Source: Octopus sinensis (Eukaryota). From it: a DNA stretch of 64,000 nt. How positions within the stretch are numbered: the stretch's first letter is position 1; each line of letters begins with the position of its first letter. The stretch lies in NCBI RefSeq assembly GCF_006345805.1, contig NW_021825323.1, forward strand, positions 930,001 to 994,000. Direction: 5' to 3'. Shown piece by piece: positions 63,158 through 64,000 of the stretch. The notes beneath the pieces were generated by a model. It was not told the DNA's origin. It did not search any database and saw only the letters and a list, made by a program, of their open reading frames with translations. The translations under genes and the position numbers were made by a program.

Positions 63158-64000
63158 TTAGATCCATAATTCCTTAATTTCATTAATACCGTCATCTATG
63201 CCTTTAAGCCAATATGTTGTCTGTTTTCCTTTTCCCTAAAAAATAATAAAAATTCAAAATATAATGACTTTTATATCAATAATTCCTCTTTCAATTGTTT
63301 TAAATCTGGGGTCCACACTCAACATTTTTTGACAGCTTGAGCTTATTTGTATTTTCATCGCTAAAATTTTTTGAAATAAAAACCACCTTCTCCGGTTGAC
63401 TCCATTCTGGAAGCAGTATTGACGGTATCACCAAACAAGCAATAACGAGGCATTTTTATTCCAACAACTCCTCCACAAACAGGACCTACGTTTTTAGACC
63501 TAAATAAAAATACCAGAGTGAATTCCAATTCGGATTTTTAGTTCATTTATTGTTTTTTCAGAAGGGATTTTCAGTTGATGGACAGCATTAAGAATATGCA
63601 GAGCCATTGCCCCAATTTCCAAGGCATGGTGAGGATTAACTTCTGGAATTCCCGAGGCAACCATGTAAGCATCGCCAATAGTCTCAACCTTTCAATAAAA
63701 TATCAAACTAATTATACTTTATAGACATCAAAATCAGCTATGATTGTATCAAGAACAGAATAAAGGTGATTTAATAAATTTACAACTCCCATTGGTTCCA
63801 ATTCTGAGCTAATTTTTGTAAATCCAACAATATCACTAAAATAAATTGTGACACTTTCGAATAATTTTCCTTTGACTTCTCTCCCTTGACGTAAATCCTC
63901 AGCTACTGACCTAATCAAATTGGAAACCAAATAGTCTTACATTGGTAACATCCGATATAAAAGATCTTCTGACCTAATCAGCAATTCTTCTGATCTTTTC
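63158..64000 (-). CDS. Guanylate cyclase catalytic C-terminus, probably receptor/NPR type; partial, 5' part outside window
   Basis: [71 protein letters not shown]; GTP-specifying E and C present. Confidence 0.93.

Noticed and set aside
1-64000. Prokaryotic systems (CRISPR arrays, operons, retrons/DGRs) suggested by the RT ORFs
   Set aside because: No repeat-spacer arrays; genes are spliceosomal; the RTs carry LINE motifs, tails and TSDs.
1-64000. Stop-codon reassignment or frameshifting to explain the fragmented ORFs
   Set aside because: In the conserved genes I traced, interruptions resolve as GT-AG microintrons, and TAA, TAG and TGA all serve as terminal stops.

Overview
AT-rich eukaryotic (animal) genomic DNA; no prokaryotic features. 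About 16 recognisable host genes: CEP41, NELF-C/D, TMEM63/CSC1, PLPBP, an SRF-type MADS box, CAP, MRPL55, NUP188-like, KXD1, CHMP2A, PSMC6, a TSP1-HRM-GAIN adhesion GPCR, BPTF/NURF301, a lin-29/rotund zinc finger, RPL10 and a partial guanylate cyclase, plus one orphan ORF. The genes are tightly packed and split by tiny GT-AG introns, mostly 22-36 nt. Tiny introns, a ciliary gene and protostome-type lin-29 and NURF301 suggest a reduced ciliated parasite such as a dicyemid or orthonectid (inference only). Between the gene blocks are islands of nested, mostly dead transposons: RTE-like, jockey-like, CRE-like and R4/NeSL-like LINEs, Tc1, pogo, MULE, Buster-type hAT and an integrase remnant, mixed with decayed intron-bearing gene fragments. 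Most notable: (1) two independent RTE-like insertions with 5'-inverted (twin-priming) architecture and exact TSDs; (2) a CEP41 gene whose 10 introns are all multiples of 3; (3) locally templated patch sequences inside a LINE; (4) TE remnants resembling microsporidian families. All calls come from manual reading and recalled motifs; no database search was run.
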